64,000 nt of DNA from a virus, in IMG/VR virus record IMGVR_UViG_3300036772_000425, positions 266,924 to 330,923 of that record; one strand, given 5' to 3'. The number at the start of each line of letters is the position of its first letter. Within the stretch, counting starts at the first letter, position 1. Shown piece by piece: positions 45,817 to 55,780 of this stretch. The position numbers and the translations under genes are program-made. Below the pieces are notes generated by a model, which saw only the letters and a program-made list of their open reading frames with translations, did no database searches and had not been told where the DNA came from.

Positions 45817-47745
45817 TCAGATGATGTTCATGTCGAGGCAGGTGACCGTACCGTAGAAGTCGGAGCGAACCATCTTCTTGCCGTACCGGGTCATCACACC
45901 CTTTCGAGGCGTGAAATCCTCAGGAGCGAAGATCGTCGGGGTGACGATCAGGGGAACGTACGGGGAGTACACGTAGCCCGTCTCGAGGTAGCTGCCGCCC
46001 TTGTAGCCGACCAGGATCTTGTTCCTTGCGAAGTAAGGATCCTTGTAGACCGTGAACCGGTTGCTCAGGGTACCGATCGCCTCGGCGCCGACCGTGAAGG
46101 GCGAACCCACCTGGCCCTCGCCGTCGATCGAGAACTTCGGCTTGTAGAGGACAGAGCTCTCCAGGATCGTGGCAACGTCGGGGGACGTGACCATGAAGTT
46201 GGCGGAGCCACGCAGCGTCTTCCGGTGGATGGTGTTGGCGCAATCGATGATGGTCTCGATCAGCGTCTCGTACCACTCACGGACCGTGCCGGTGAACTGC
46301 GGACCGATGCTGAGCGAGGTCGCCAGGTTGATGGGCGAACCTGTCAACTTGTTGACGAACTTGCCAGGAGCACGGCTCCAGTACATGTTGGCACCGTTGG
46401 CCTGGGTGACCAGGTCGTTCAGGATCTCGCGGTCGATCTCCAGGGCGATCTGCTCAGACAGGATGCCGGTCAGCTCGACCTCAGCGTCCATCGAGTGGTA
46501 CGCATTGAGGTCCTGTGCCATTTCAGGCGACCACCGAGCACGCAGCTTCCGGGTTGTCGCGGTGATCGAGATGGACTCGATCTTGATGTCGATCTCGGGG
46601 ATCGCCGGTGAAGGCGTGGCACCGAAGTCGGACTCGAAGGATGGGATCGTCAGGGTGGCACCGGTGCTGTCGCCCTGGACCAATCCGTCTGCGATCGCCA
46701 TCGACACCTTCTGAACTGCGGTGCCCAGGGCCGGAGCCGTGCCGCCGTCGGTCAGACGAAGGACGAACTGGACGTGGTCGCCGTTCATCGGTGACGGGGT
46801 GAAGGTACCGCCCGTCAGGAGGTTGCCGCCGGCCGTGTAGGTCGGAGCAACGAAGAAGCCACGCTTGTTGAGCCGGCGCAGGTTCAGGATGCCCTTACCG
46901 CTCTGGTAGGAGGTGCCCCACTCGACCGCGCCGTTCGCGGTTGCAACACCGTACAGCGAGATCTGCTCGACCGACAGGAAGTCACCGTTCGGGATGCCCG
47001 CCTGGATCGAAGCGACCGGGATGTGGACGAAGACCACGTCCAGGAGGCTGTTCTGCAGGTCGACATCGATCTGAGGATCGAAGCCCAGCAGCCGGGCGTT
47101 GGTGCCCGAGAAGTCCGTGGTGGATGCGACCGTTCCGGACACGAAGGTTCCGTTGGGACCGCTGAAGGCACCGACCGCGAGGTTCGATCCGGAGATCGTC
47201 TCGTTGTTCTGGTGCACCCGGGTGAACCCGACGTTGACCAGGTCGTACATGCCGCCCGTCGCCAAGGATCCGCTCTGGATTCCCTTGCCCGTCGGGTTGT
47301 TGTAGATTGACTGGCCGCGCTGGTAGGTTTCAGCCGTGGCGGAGTTCGAGAGACCGACACCTGCGTTACCGCCGACATTGCTGCCGTAGGTGTAATCCAG
47401 GTAGAAGATCAGACCAGACGGGAGGCTCATCGGTTGGATCGAGACAAGCTCGTTCGCAACCAAACCACCGAACACCCTGCGGACGATCGGGAAGGCGATG
47501 TTCGAGAAACCCTGGATCTGACCGCTCGAGCCGACGTTGCCGCCGCCAGTGGACAGAGCGTTGGATTCCTTGAGGACCTGCGCTGCCTGGTTCTCCAGGA
47601 GCTGGGCCATGGTCTCTCGCTTGAAACCATCGAGTCCACGAAGCAAGCCGGTGCGGCTCCACTTCTCAACCAGTCGAGCGCGTTCCGCGCCGACATGCCG
47701 ATCTTTGATGCCCGCGGCGAGCTGTTCCATCGTGAAGAACTTCAT
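45817..47745 (-). CDS. Major capsid protein (T4 gp23-like)
   Basis: 642 aa. TTRKLRARWSPEMAQDLNAYHSMDAEVELTGILSEQIALEIDREIL is collinear with gp23 KSRQLKAAYSIELAQDLRAVHGMDADAELSGILATEIMLEINREVV. C-terminal NKILVGYKGGSYLETGYVYSPYVPL parallels YFTVGYKGPNEMDAGIYYAPYVAL. N-terminal propeptide-like segment. Preceded by CTACTTAGGAAGCAGCAGGAGACACA-ATG. Confidence 0.9.
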   Translation of the reverse strand: MKFFTMEQLAAGIKDRHVGAERARLVEKWSRTGLLRGLDGFKRETMAQLLENQAAQVLKESNALSTGGGNVGSSGQIQGFSNIAFPIVRRVFGGLVANELVSIQPMSLPSGLIFYLDYTYGSNVGGNAGVGLSNSATAETYQRGQSIYNNPTGKGIQSGSLATGGMYDLVNVGFTRVHQNNETISGSNLAVGAFSGPNGTFVSGTVASTTDFSGTNARLLGFDPQIDVDLQNSLLDVVFVHIPVASIQAGIPNGDFLSVEQISLYGVATANGAVEWGTSYQSGKGILNLRRLNKRGFFVAPTYTAGGNLLTGGTFTPSPMNGDHVQFVLRLTDGGTAPALGTAVQKVSMAIADGLVQGDSTGATLTIPSFESDFGATPSPAIPEIDIKIESISITATTRKLRARWSPEMAQDLNAYHSMDAEVELTGILSEQIALEIDREILNDLVTQANGANMYWSRAPGKFVNKLTGSPINLATSLSIGPQFTGTVREWYETLIETIIDCANTIHRKTLRGSANFMVTSPDVATILESSVLYKPKFSIDGEGQVGSPFTVGAEAIGTLSNRFTVYKDPYFARNKILVGYKGGSYLETGYVYSPYVPLIVTPTIFAPEDFTPRKGVMTRYGKKMVRSDFYGTVTCLDMNII

Positions 47746-47794
47746 TGTGTCTCCTGCTGCTTCCTAAGTAGTTGGGAAATCTGAATCCTGACGA

Positions 47795-49732
47795 TCACCG
47801 CTTGGTGATGCCTGCGAGCTTGGCCCACCGCTCTGCCTCGTAACCCTCGTTCAGGGTTTGGGTCGATGCAGGACGGGTCGCCCTTGAACCAGAACCGAGG
47901 ACCGTGCGGTCCCTGCTCTCGTTGACGGGCTTTGCAGAGCTTGCCAAGGTGTTGGACAGGCTCTCGTAGACCAGCTTTGCCTCTCGAAGGGTCTTTGCTG
48001 AGTCGAGCTGCTTGATGACCTGCGCCTTCTGGCGGGAGGTCAGCTGCTCGTTCTGCAGGATCCGGTTCGTGTAGAGGAGCTTCGCGTTGAACAGATTCGT
48101 TTCCGTCAACTTCTTGCGGAGTTCGGTAACAACGGCCTGGTTCTCCGCGGGCCGTGCAGCACCGCTATTCGAGCGGGACTCACGCAGTTTTTGCGTCGCC
48201 TCGGCGACCAACTGCTTCATCTTCTTGGATCGGGCGAGCGATTCGTTGTAGCGCTGCGCAACCGTCCGGTACTCATTCTGAATCTGTGACAGTGAAGATC
48301 CTCGGGCCCTCTTGGCCGCGGTGCGGAGCTGGGATGCTCGAGCCTTGGCCCGCTCCTGCAGCTTCTTCTCGTGTCCCAGGCGGCGCAGGCCTTCCTGCCG
48401 GGTCACCTGGAATGACTCACCAGCATGGTCGCTCTGCTCGTTGGATGGCATCGTCTCGTCCCCGCCGTGGGCAGGAGCGTCGATCGCCTCGTCCATGTCA
48501 TCTGTCTCATCCATCTGATCCTGGACCTCGTCCAGATCCTCGTCGGCCTCGCCGAGGGGCAGGGCTCCAGGCGAAGGTGACTTGTCGACGATCTCAGCTT
48601 CCGTGGGCTCGCCCTCGTCGTCGCCGCCGCCGAAGTCATCAAGGATGTTCGAACCACCGGGACCGTGTCCCCACGACTGGGGCTTGGTCTCAGACCCACC
48701 CGTACCGGTGTGGTTCTCGCGGAGACGCTGCATTCGGCTGATCTCGCTCTTGAGCATCTTCTCATCGATCTCAACGATCGTGTCATCGCTCAGTTTGAGA
48801 GCCTCCAACTGATCTCCGCTCATGTCCTGTTCTCCTTGACCACCTTGGTCATCCATTCCCAGGTCGTCGAAATCGACGGCATCATCGCCGCCCTGTGACT
48901 CGCCGCCCTCTTCGTCTTCGTCGCCCGTGATCAGGTCGACCCCGACGCTGTCAAGATCAACATCGTCAGGCAGGCCCGTCAGCTTCAGCGTGACGTCTGC
49001 TTCGTTCATCCGCCTCTTGTTGGTCTTGTTCGACATCGTCGTTGGCTCCTGAAGTTTGTTGAGGACCTTAAAGCTGGCCTCCAGCACTGCCTCGTATGAA
49101 TTCTTCTTTGCAGGGTCAGTTGCCTGTTCCTGCACGTGAGCATACATATCTTCAACACGGGAAATCATCCGAGCGATTTGATCTCGGTACCTACCCGTTT
49201 TCCGCACGACAGCGGATGCTGCCTTGAAGGGTGCGATCTGCTCGTTCAGTTTCCTGATCTCGCTCTCAAGGGTGAGGCTACGATCGGACGAACCGGCAAC
49301 TGAGCTGAGAGCATCGATTGACTCGATATTGATCTCAAAAACTTCGTCGTCGTCCATCGCCGGCTCACCGAACATCGGAGCAGGCACAGCTGCTCCGGCG
49401 TCATCGCAGCACAGACCGTCCAGGTCCAACGTCACCTTGCCGTCAAGGTCGGGTGCGCTCATGGCAGCGGCCGGACCTGCGTTGGTGATGTCCACTGCAA
49501 CTGCCGGATCGGCCGCTGTCAGATCCGTGATCAGCTCTCCTTCGACCGGTGGTGCACCGGGTTCCCCCATCTCTTCATCCTCAAACCCACCTTCGTTCAG
49601 CAGGGCCTGATCGATGAACTCACGAATTCGAGGGGTCACAGCTTCCAGGACAGCGCGTGTTGCGTTGCCCTCAGCCACTTGCTTGACCTTCTTGACGTCG
49701 GCCAGAGCCTCATCGTAGAGCTGCTTGGACAT
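47795..49732 (-). CDS. Prohead scaffolding/core protein (gp22-like)
   Basis: About 645 aa from MSKQLYDEALADV. Extremely acidic (long D/E/G tracts) with coiled-coil ends. Immediately upstream of the capsid gene, as in the T4 22-23 order. The ORF track's upstream start is TTG. Confidence 0.7.
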   Translation of the reverse strand: MSKQLYDEALADVKKVKQVAEGNATRAVLEAVTPRIREFIDQALLNEGGFEDEEMGEPGAPPVEGELITDLTAADPAVAVDITNAGPAAAMSAPDLDGKVTLDLDGLCCDDAGAAVPAPMFGEPAMDDDEVFEINIESIDALSSVAGSSDRSLTLESEIRKLNEQIAPFKAASAVVRKTGRYRDQIARMISRVEDMYAHVQEQATDPAKKNSYEAVLEASFKVLNKLQEPTTMSNKTNKRRMNEADVTLKLTGLPDDVDLDSVGVDLITGDEDEEGGESQGGDDAVDFDDLGMDDQGGQGEQDMSGDQLEALKLSDDTIVEIDEKMLKSEISRMQRLRENHTGTGGSETKPQSWGHGPGGSNILDDFGGGDDEGEPTEAEIVDKSPSPGALPLGEADEDLDEVQDQMDETDDMDEAIDAPAHGGDETMPSNEQSDHAGESFQVTRQEGLRRLGHEKKLQERAKARASQLRTAAKRARGSSLSQIQNEYRTVAQRYNESLARSKKMKQLVAEATQKLRESRSNSGAARPAENQAVVTELRKKLTETNLFNAKLLYTNRILQNEQLTSRQKAQVIKQLDSAKTLREAKLVYESLSNTLASSAKPVNESRDRTVLGSGSRATRPASTQTLNEGYEAERWAKLAGITKR

Positions 49733-49791
49733 GCTTTCTCCGTGAACCCTTGACCTAAGTATCGAGGAATCCTCCCAAGTGTGGGAGGTGC

Positions 49792-50343
49792 TCAACCATT
49801 ACCACCAGAATCGCCCAATTTCTGGGGGACTCCGATTTGAGTGCTGTTGTAGACCTTCGGGCTCGCATTGCTGGGATCGATCAGATCCTGACCGCTCGGA
49901 TCCTCCTTTGTGCCCATGGCCTGGGTTTGCGCCACATCAACATCAGCAGGAGCGGAGTTCAACGGCTGCCCAGTAGAAGGATCGGGTGACCGGATGTCTG
50001 GGATGTACGGCGAGGCAGGGTCGCCCGCCTTCGACCAGGCAACGCTTGGGATGACAGGAGAGTCACCGTAGCCAAGCCGAACGCCGGTGGGGAACATGCC
50101 CATGTCGCCCTGTTGGATCCCGTTGGCCGGAAGCAACCCGCCGACGCCTGATGCATCGACGTTGGCAATCGCGTTCGCTTTCACGACATTCTGTGCATCA
50201 ACTTCCTTACCTGCGGTAAGGGCAGCCTGCAGCGCCTGCATCGTAGGGTAATCAGAAGACGCTGGGAAGAGCTTCGACAGCAGCTTGTGAGCGTCGGTGG
50301 CGACGCCTCCCACGTATGTTGTGTACTTCCCCAGCAATCCCAT
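49792..50343 (-). CDS. Hypothetical head-module protein (183 aa)
   Basis: ATG ORF between the CTS-family genes and the scaffold. Gly/Ala/Pro-rich. Confidence 0.4.
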   Translation of the reverse strand: MGLLGKYTTYVGGVATDAHKLLSKLFPASSDYPTMQALQAALTAGKEVDAQNVVKANAIANVDASGVGGLLPANGIQQGDMGMFPTGVRLGYGDSPVIPSVAWSKAGDPASPYIPDIRSPDPSTGQPLNSAPADVDVAQTQAMGTKEDPSGQDLIDPSNASPKVYNSTQIGVPQKLGDSGGNG

Positions 50344-50361
50344 GGATCTACCCAGTACCTT

Positions 50362-50646
50362 TCAGATCACCCGAGCGATGACGAGCTTCCGAGCACCCTC
50401 TGACAGGGACTGTCGGACCTTCGATAGACGACGGACGAGGCGAGCCTCCTCCATCTTCATAGCCTTCATGATGTCGATGTGCTTGTCAAGGGTGTCTGCG
50501 AACTCGTCGGCCTCGACCTCGTCGGTCTCACCGGCTCGATCCTCGACGCGCTCTTCCTTACCGAAGCCCTTCTTGACCTCGGCCTCCACGATGCTCCTCA
50601 GCATTTGGGGGGACAGCTTGACAGCCTGCTTCTTGTTTCGGTTCAT
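50362..50646 (-). CDS. Small protein with CTS-like N-terminal region (94 aa)
   Basis: MNRNKKQAVKLSPQMLRSIVEAEVKK. Confidence 0.45.
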   Translation of the reverse strand: MNRNKKQAVKLSPQMLRSIVEAEVKKGFGKEERVEDRAGETDEVEADEFADTLDKHIDIMKAMKMEEARLVRRLSKVRQSLSEGARKLVIARVI

Positions 50647-50698
50647 CTCGACATCTCTCCTGTGGGTGACCTGCGTCTAAATACCATCATCACCAATG

Positions 50699-51151
50699 TT
50701 ACGCAGCTTTCTTAGCTGACATGAACGCGAGATCAGCCCAATGGTTGGAGGCTTCACCAAAAACCTCGTTCGGATCCCCAGAGAACTGTTCCTGACCGGC
50801 GCCCGGGCTGTGGGGAGTGTGACCCATAGGAGCAGCTCCCATCCGATCCCCGTTGGCGAGCTGCGTGGGCAGCGTGGTTCGAGCGGTATCAGCAAAGATA
50901 TCAGCCATGATAGGGTTGCCACCCGACTCGAGCTTGATCGCCTCCTTCAAGCTGGCGCTGGCCCGTCCGGAACCGAGTGGAGTGTCCAACCTCGGATCGA
51001 ACGCAGCTGCACGTGGGCGTGTACGTTGCTCGCCCGTGATCCTTGAATGGCTGACGGACGCAGCGGGAGCCATGCTACCGAGACCCTCGCTCAGGATCTC
51101 TACCATGATTTCCTTGATGATGGCTTTCAGCTGAACACGTGAGGTTTTCAT
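50699..51151 (-). CDS. Protein with CTS-like N-terminus (150 aa); putative internal head protein
   Basis: MKTSRVQLKAIIKEIMVEILSEG. Confidence 0.5.
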   Translation of the reverse strand: MKTSRVQLKAIIKEIMVEILSEGLGSMAPAASVSHSRITGEQRTRPRAAAFDPRLDTPLGSGRASASLKEAIKLESGGNPIMADIFADTARTTLPTQLANGDRMGAAPMGHTPHSPGAGQEQFSGDPNEVFGEASNHWADLAFMSAKKAA

Positions 51152-51320
51152 CTAGCTCTAGATAGGCTCTTCATTGTCAGCTTACGTGACAAGGATCCGA
51201 CTTTGTCGACAGACCGTTCATTAGACACACAGATTGACCCAGGATTAACCGTCGATCGGTCGACGGTGGAATTCAAACGGCTCTGGGATCAATTGTCAAG
51301 AACGTCGTTGAAGATGAAAA

Positions 51321-51728
51321 TCATCCGACCCCCGGGAACCCGGCGGTACCATCGTCCAGGGTGCCTGAGAGCTGGGGCATATTGCGGGTCAGGATGGTCG
51401 TCAGACCGACTGACAGGTTGAACGCGCCTCCAGATGCGCTCTCGCCCTGGACGAACACTGATTTGACGCGCCACTCGAACTGGAGGGTTGCGAGTGGTGG
51501 CACGATCACCTTGTTGCTTGTCTTGGTGATCCCGTTCCGGGTGAACCCGATCGACATGGTCTTGGTCGAATCCAGGTTGGTGACGGAGACGAACCGGGTC
51601 ACGAACGCGAACGGGTACTCGGTCGGCGAACCCGCGGCAGGAGCAACGGATGACGTCACCCACGGCAGGGCAGCTGACTGGAATTCCCCCGCGTAACCGA
51701 AGCCACCTTGTGCATTATCCAACGGCAT
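51321..51728 (-). CDS. Hypothetical head-module protein (135 aa)
   Basis: ATG ORF downstream of the prohead protease. Confidence 0.4.
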   Translation of the reverse strand: MPLDNAQGGFGYAGEFQSAALPWVTSSVAPAAGSPTEYPFAFVTRFVSVTNLDSTKTMSIGFTRNGITKTSNKVIVPPLATLQFEWRVKSVFVQGESASGGAFNLSVGLTTILTRNMPQLSGTLDDGTAGFPGVG

Positions 51729-51758
51729 TGTAGATCCTTGTCAAGTGAAGGGAACCCT

Positions 51759-52424
51759 TCAACGATCGGTCTTGGTTGAGAACAGGATCTCGTTCAGGAC
51801 CCTGTCGATCCTGTCAGACTTCTTCAGGATCCTTCTCAGTTCGTCCGGGTGCAGTTCCTTGCCTTCCGGGATCATGAAGGCACCCGGAGTGCTCGGTTCT
51901 GAGACCATGTCCCAGCAGATGAGCTGGAAGTCGTCCTGGACCACGTAGTACTCACCCTGCTTTCGGGTCGACCCTACTCCCCGGCTGCTGATTCCCAGCT
52001 TGATGTTCGATTCCACCAGGCCCCTGAGGATAGCACCGGAAGGCGTCTTGTCCAGGACCTCGATGGAACCGATCACAGTTCCATCCTCGATGTAGGCCTC
52101 CCTGATGACATGCGACACGTTCTTCAGGTTGACCACGCTGGAGTCTGGGTGATCGAGCTCCCCCACAGCCCTGTTCTCGATGATGAACTTCTGGTAGTTC
52201 CTCACCTCACGTTCCAGGATGTTGAACGGGTAGATCCTGCCGTTCTGGTTGAGGGTGTCCGCCTTCTGCAGGATGCCCTTCATCATGATCTTTTGCCCGC
52301 CTGGGACCTCGACCTGCTGCCCGTTCACCTCCTTGAGGATCGGAGGAAGTTCGATCTTTTCGACCTTGTAATCAAAGACATCGTACGTCTCGAGGCGGCG
52401 CAGGTTGCTTGAATCGTTCATCAT
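51759..52424 (-). CDS. Prohead core protease (gp21-like)
   Basis: 221 aa (gp21 is 212 aa). Located between the portal-side genes and the scaffold, as in the T4 20-(67,68)-21-22-23 order. The proposed CTS proteins carry (L/I)-x-E sites expected for this protease. Confidence 0.6.
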   Translation of the reverse strand: MMNDSSNLRRLETYDVFDYKVEKIELPPILKEVNGQQVEVPGGQKIMMKGILQKADTLNQNGRIYPFNILEREVRNYQKFIIENRAVGELDHPDSSVVNLKNVSHVIREAYIEDGTVIGSIEVLDKTPSGAILRGLVESNIKLGISSRGVGSTRKQGEYYVVQDDFQLICWDMVSEPSTPGAFMIPEGKELHPDELRRILKKSDRIDRVLNEILFSTKTDR

Positions 52425-53275
52425 TCCTCCGAACCGATCGTAGAGCTGAGTTGGGTGTACAGCATGAAACGTGTCACCGTCTCATCGTCAACCTTTTCCA
52501 AGGTCTCGGTGTTGAGACGTGCTGCAACGTCATCAAGCTTGTTGACGAGTGATTCGCTCATGTCGGGAGTTCCCTTGTACGAGCAGATCTCCTTGAGCAA
52601 CCTGTCCTTGATCTCTGCGAGCTTCAACCTGATCGATGAAGGATCTGAGTTCGCAGTAGAGAACGCGAAGGCCCTGATCAACCCACGCTGCTCGTCTGAC
52701 ATGATGCCGGAGTACTTCTCGTTCAGCTTCCGCATCATCACCTTCATCAGCAACCGACTCTCACCGGGTGATTCTTCGGGCAGCACGATCTCCGATTCAG
52801 CGACCTTCTCCAGGACCAACCAGCTGGTGAGCTGATCCTCGTACTGGGCCATCCGTCCCAGGTCGCAATCATCAGACCTCCAGTCGTTGATCAGGGTCTG
52901 AATGGTCGCCAGCGTTCGGTACTCCTTGACAGGCTGATCAAAGAAGTCGTTGTCTCCCATGACCTTGTTGATGTTGCTGATCAACAGCGATTTTTCGCGA
53001 TCGAGCTCCCTAACATCATGGGATCGCGCCGCGCGTTTTGCTTCCTGCATGATGGAGGCGGCGACGGACGGGTTCGACACCGTCGTCCTGAGCAGTGAGT
53101 TGATCAGCCGGTACTCCTTGTGGAGCTGGGTGCCGACCTTGAAGTGGCGCTTGATCAGCTTCAGAGCGTGGTTGGCCCGCTTGCTGTCTCCCGCAATCAG
53201 AGCACGTGAGATCGACTGCGCAAGGAATTCCATCAGCAGGCCTGAATTCCTCTTCTTGTGGTGAACTTTTGGCAT
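52421..53275 (-). CDS. Hypothetical prohead/core protein (284 aa)
   Basis: Positional analogue of T4 gp67/gp68 between the portal and the protease. Stop overlaps the protease start. Confidence 0.4.
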   Translation of the reverse strand: MPKVHHKKRNSGLLMEFLAQSISRALIAGDSKRANHALKLIKRHFKVGTQLHKEYRLINSLLRTTVSNPSVAASIMQEAKRAARSHDVRELDREKSLLISNINKVMGDNDFFDQPVKEYRTLATIQTLINDWRSDDCDLGRMAQYEDQLTSWLVLEKVAESEIVLPEESPGESRLLMKVMMRKLNEKYSGIMSDEQRGLIRAFAFSTANSDPSSIRLKLAEIKDRLLKEICSYKGTPDMSESLVNKLDDVAARLNTETLEKVDDETVTRFMLYTQLSSTIGSEE

Positions 53276-53284
53276 ACTCAGGCC

Positions 53285-55375
53285 TCACTCATCGTCTGTA
53301 AGTAGCGTGTCAGCAGGTTCGTCTTGATCATTTTCGATCCCTTCGGCCAGCTGGTCGTCCGGGAGCTCGACGTCATCAATTTCATCCTGAACATCCCTGC
53401 CCTCGACGAGAACTCCGTCGCCGCTGGTGTCAATATTGAAACTGTGTGACATCCGGCGCAGGGTTGAGACAATGTCAAGCGGCAACCTGTTCGGCCGGAA
53501 TGTCTGCTGCCGTTTGGCCTCGCCGAACGGGTTGCTGACCGCCGACCTGATCCAGTCTGAATCGAACGGGTCTTGCATGGACGGACTGTCATTCGACGTC
53601 ATCTTCCTGAAATCAGGCATGTGCGTCTTGCTAGCTCCGTGCGTACGGTGACGGCTCCGGTTGTAGAGGACCCTATCGAGCTGGTTGGCCACCTTGACGG
53701 GTTTGTCCTGGATGTTCCTGAGCTTCAACGAGAACTCCTCGTCGTCGGCTGGATCATCGCCACCCGTCAGGAGATGCTGGGTAGGATCCGTCTCTTCAAC
53801 TGGTTTTTCGCCTGCGTTCTCCTCTCCTGATGTTGATTTCGTTGCTGACCCTCCCGAATCGGCTGCAGGCGTTTGATCCCCGGTGTCGGGTGCACCACCC
53901 AGGTCGTCACCACCATCTCCGAACGGATTGTCACCGCCGCCCAGATCACCGCCTCCTCCACCCGCCTGTTCAATGGTCACATCGACCAACTTCTCCTTGA
54001 GCCTGTTGTCGTCAACCTGCCTGATCTGTTCATCATTGAGGCCCATGATCTCCTTCCTGATGAACTGCTTATCAAGCATGCCCTCAGGTGAGGAGCCTGC
54101 GATCTCAAAGCGGGCTCGCCACAGTTCCAGCTTCTGTTGCTGGGCGACGGTGGATGGGTTGCTGAGGCGCAGGGTGAAATTCTGCAGATCTTCATCATCG
54201 TACCCATGCGAATACAGGTGGATGATGGCGAGCTTGTTGAGCTCAGCGAGCATGACCTTCTGGATCACGTTAATGGTCCGTGAGAACCTGATGTCCTCCT
54301 GAGCAAGCGTTGCCTTGCTGGACAGCATCTCATCGTACCCAAGGTAGGCTCGTGGAATCTTCAACGCGGCGAACAATTTCTTCTGGATGTACGCGACATC
54401 CTCGACGGCAGCCGTGTTCTGACCGCCCGCCAGCGTATCGATCTTTGTGCCCGATTCGCCACCACGGACTGGGATGAAGTAGTCCTCCTCAACGCTCAGA
54501 GGATTGTACCGAAGATCCACCCGACCGGTCGTCTTGTCTGCGACAGGAGCTGTGCGAAGGTTGGCACGCTGTTGCTCGATGTACTGTGGCACCTCGGAGG
54601 GTGGGAGGTTCGCAACATCGATGTAGAAGACTCGGCGTTCAGGCGCGCGGACGACCCGGTACACGAGCATCGCATCTTCGATCAGGATCAGTTGGCGCCA
54701 GATGCGACGAGCGGGTTCAATGACAGACGAACCGTAGGGCAAGAACATATCGTTGCCCAGCAGACGGAAGTGCGTGACCTCCCAGTTCTCCAGGGTTCGA
54801 TTGCCGAGGGTTACCCACCTGTACCTGACCGCGAACGGATCGTCACGGTCGTAGTTCTCTTCGCGCTCGACCTCATTGACAGGGATCGGGAACGCGTTGA
54901 CAACTCCGTACTCTGGTGACACGTCGTTGTAGAGGAAGAAGTCGCCGTACTTGACCAGATTTCGGGCCCATGAACGCAGGTTGAACTCAACGTTGAGGAC
55001 ATTGTAGAAGAGGTCCTCCAGCAGCTCACGGATGCGCTCATTGTCAGAGTAGACGTGGAGACACCTACCCTTGTCGTCGGCAGCAACCGTTTCATCAGCA
55101 TAGATGTCCATCGCCGCGGCGATCTCGGGGGTGTACTCCATCTCTTGGAAATCCTGATACCGCATCAGGCGTTCTGAGAGGTTGTACGCGTTGCTGGTGA
55201 TGGTTGCGTATGTCGGAGACAGCGATTTCTGAAACAGCAAGGTCCCGGAGCTCTTGGTCTTGTCGGCCATTGCCAACGTGGTGTCCAGTGCTCGGATCTT
55301 CCGTTTGACGACGGGCCCGCTCCTAAAAAGCCGGGTCAACCTCCTGAAGAGGCTCTTTGATTCTTTTTTTGCCAT
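53285..55375 (-). CDS. Portal vertex protein (gp20-like)
   Basis: 696 aa. Basic N-terminus (MAKKESKSLFRRLTRLFR). Acidic, Gly-rich C-terminal region. Position between the terminase and the protease. Upstream GC hairpin AGGCCCCGACCGAATGAAGGGGC immediately 5' of the ATG. Confidence 0.75.
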   Translation of the reverse strand: MAKKESKSLFRRLTRLFRSGPVVKRKIRALDTTLAMADKTKSSGTLLFQKSLSPTYATITSNAYNLSERLMRYQDFQEMEYTPEIAAAMDIYADETVAADDKGRCLHVYSDNERIRELLEDLFYNVLNVEFNLRSWARNLVKYGDFFLYNDVSPEYGVVNAFPIPVNEVEREENYDRDDPFAVRYRWVTLGNRTLENWEVTHFRLLGNDMFLPYGSSVIEPARRIWRQLILIEDAMLVYRVVRAPERRVFYIDVANLPPSEVPQYIEQQRANLRTAPVADKTTGRVDLRYNPLSVEEDYFIPVRGGESGTKIDTLAGGQNTAAVEDVAYIQKKLFAALKIPRAYLGYDEMLSSKATLAQEDIRFSRTINVIQKVMLAELNKLAIIHLYSHGYDDEDLQNFTLRLSNPSTVAQQQKLELWRARFEIAGSSPEGMLDKQFIRKEIMGLNDEQIRQVDDNRLKEKLVDVTIEQAGGGGGDLGGGDNPFGDGGDDLGGAPDTGDQTPAADSGGSATKSTSGEENAGEKPVEETDPTQHLLTGGDDPADDEEFSLKLRNIQDKPVKVANQLDRVLYNRSRHRTHGASKTHMPDFRKMTSNDSPSMQDPFDSDWIRSAVSNPFGEAKRQQTFRPNRLPLDIVSTLRRMSHSFNIDTSGDGVLVEGRDVQDEIDDVELPDDQLAEGIENDQDEPADTLLTDDE

Positions 55376-55447
55376 CTACGATCGCCCCTTCATTCGGTCG
55401 GGGCCTCCCTATCGCATCCTAACCTACAGGATCTACGATGCGTAGTC

Positions 55448-55780
55448 TCAATCCTTGCTGACGGCCTTCAGGGACACCTTCTGCGGTTCCTTCTTGGGCA
55501 GCGGCACGTACGACCCAGGACTGCTGACCATGTTCTCCAGCACCTTCTCAAGCTCCGCAAGGTGTGGGGTGGTCGCATTGACTGCGGCATGGGGTGCCTT
55601 CTCCTTGAAGGCCTCCACAGCCGCCAGCAGCTTGCTGGCCACTCCGACCACAGAGTTGATGCTCTTGTGATCGACCGATTCTGCCAACGCAGCCGCTTCC
55701 TCTGCGATGATGCGCTGCAGGTTCTTCCTGGAGATCTTGACTGTGGTCATCTGGTTTCCCTTCGGGTAAGTAGGCATCAA
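55448..55780 (-). CDS. Small protein with CTS-like N-terminal region (110 aa)
   Basis: ...MTTVKISRKNLQRIIAEEAAALAE. Stop overlaps the terminase gene's end region. Confidence 0.5.
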   Translation of the reverse strand: MMPTYPKGNQMTTVKISRKNLQRIIAEEAAALAESVDHKSINSVVGVASKLLAAVEAFKEKAPHAAVNATTPHLAELEKVLENMVSSPGSYVPLPKKEPQKVSLKAVSKD

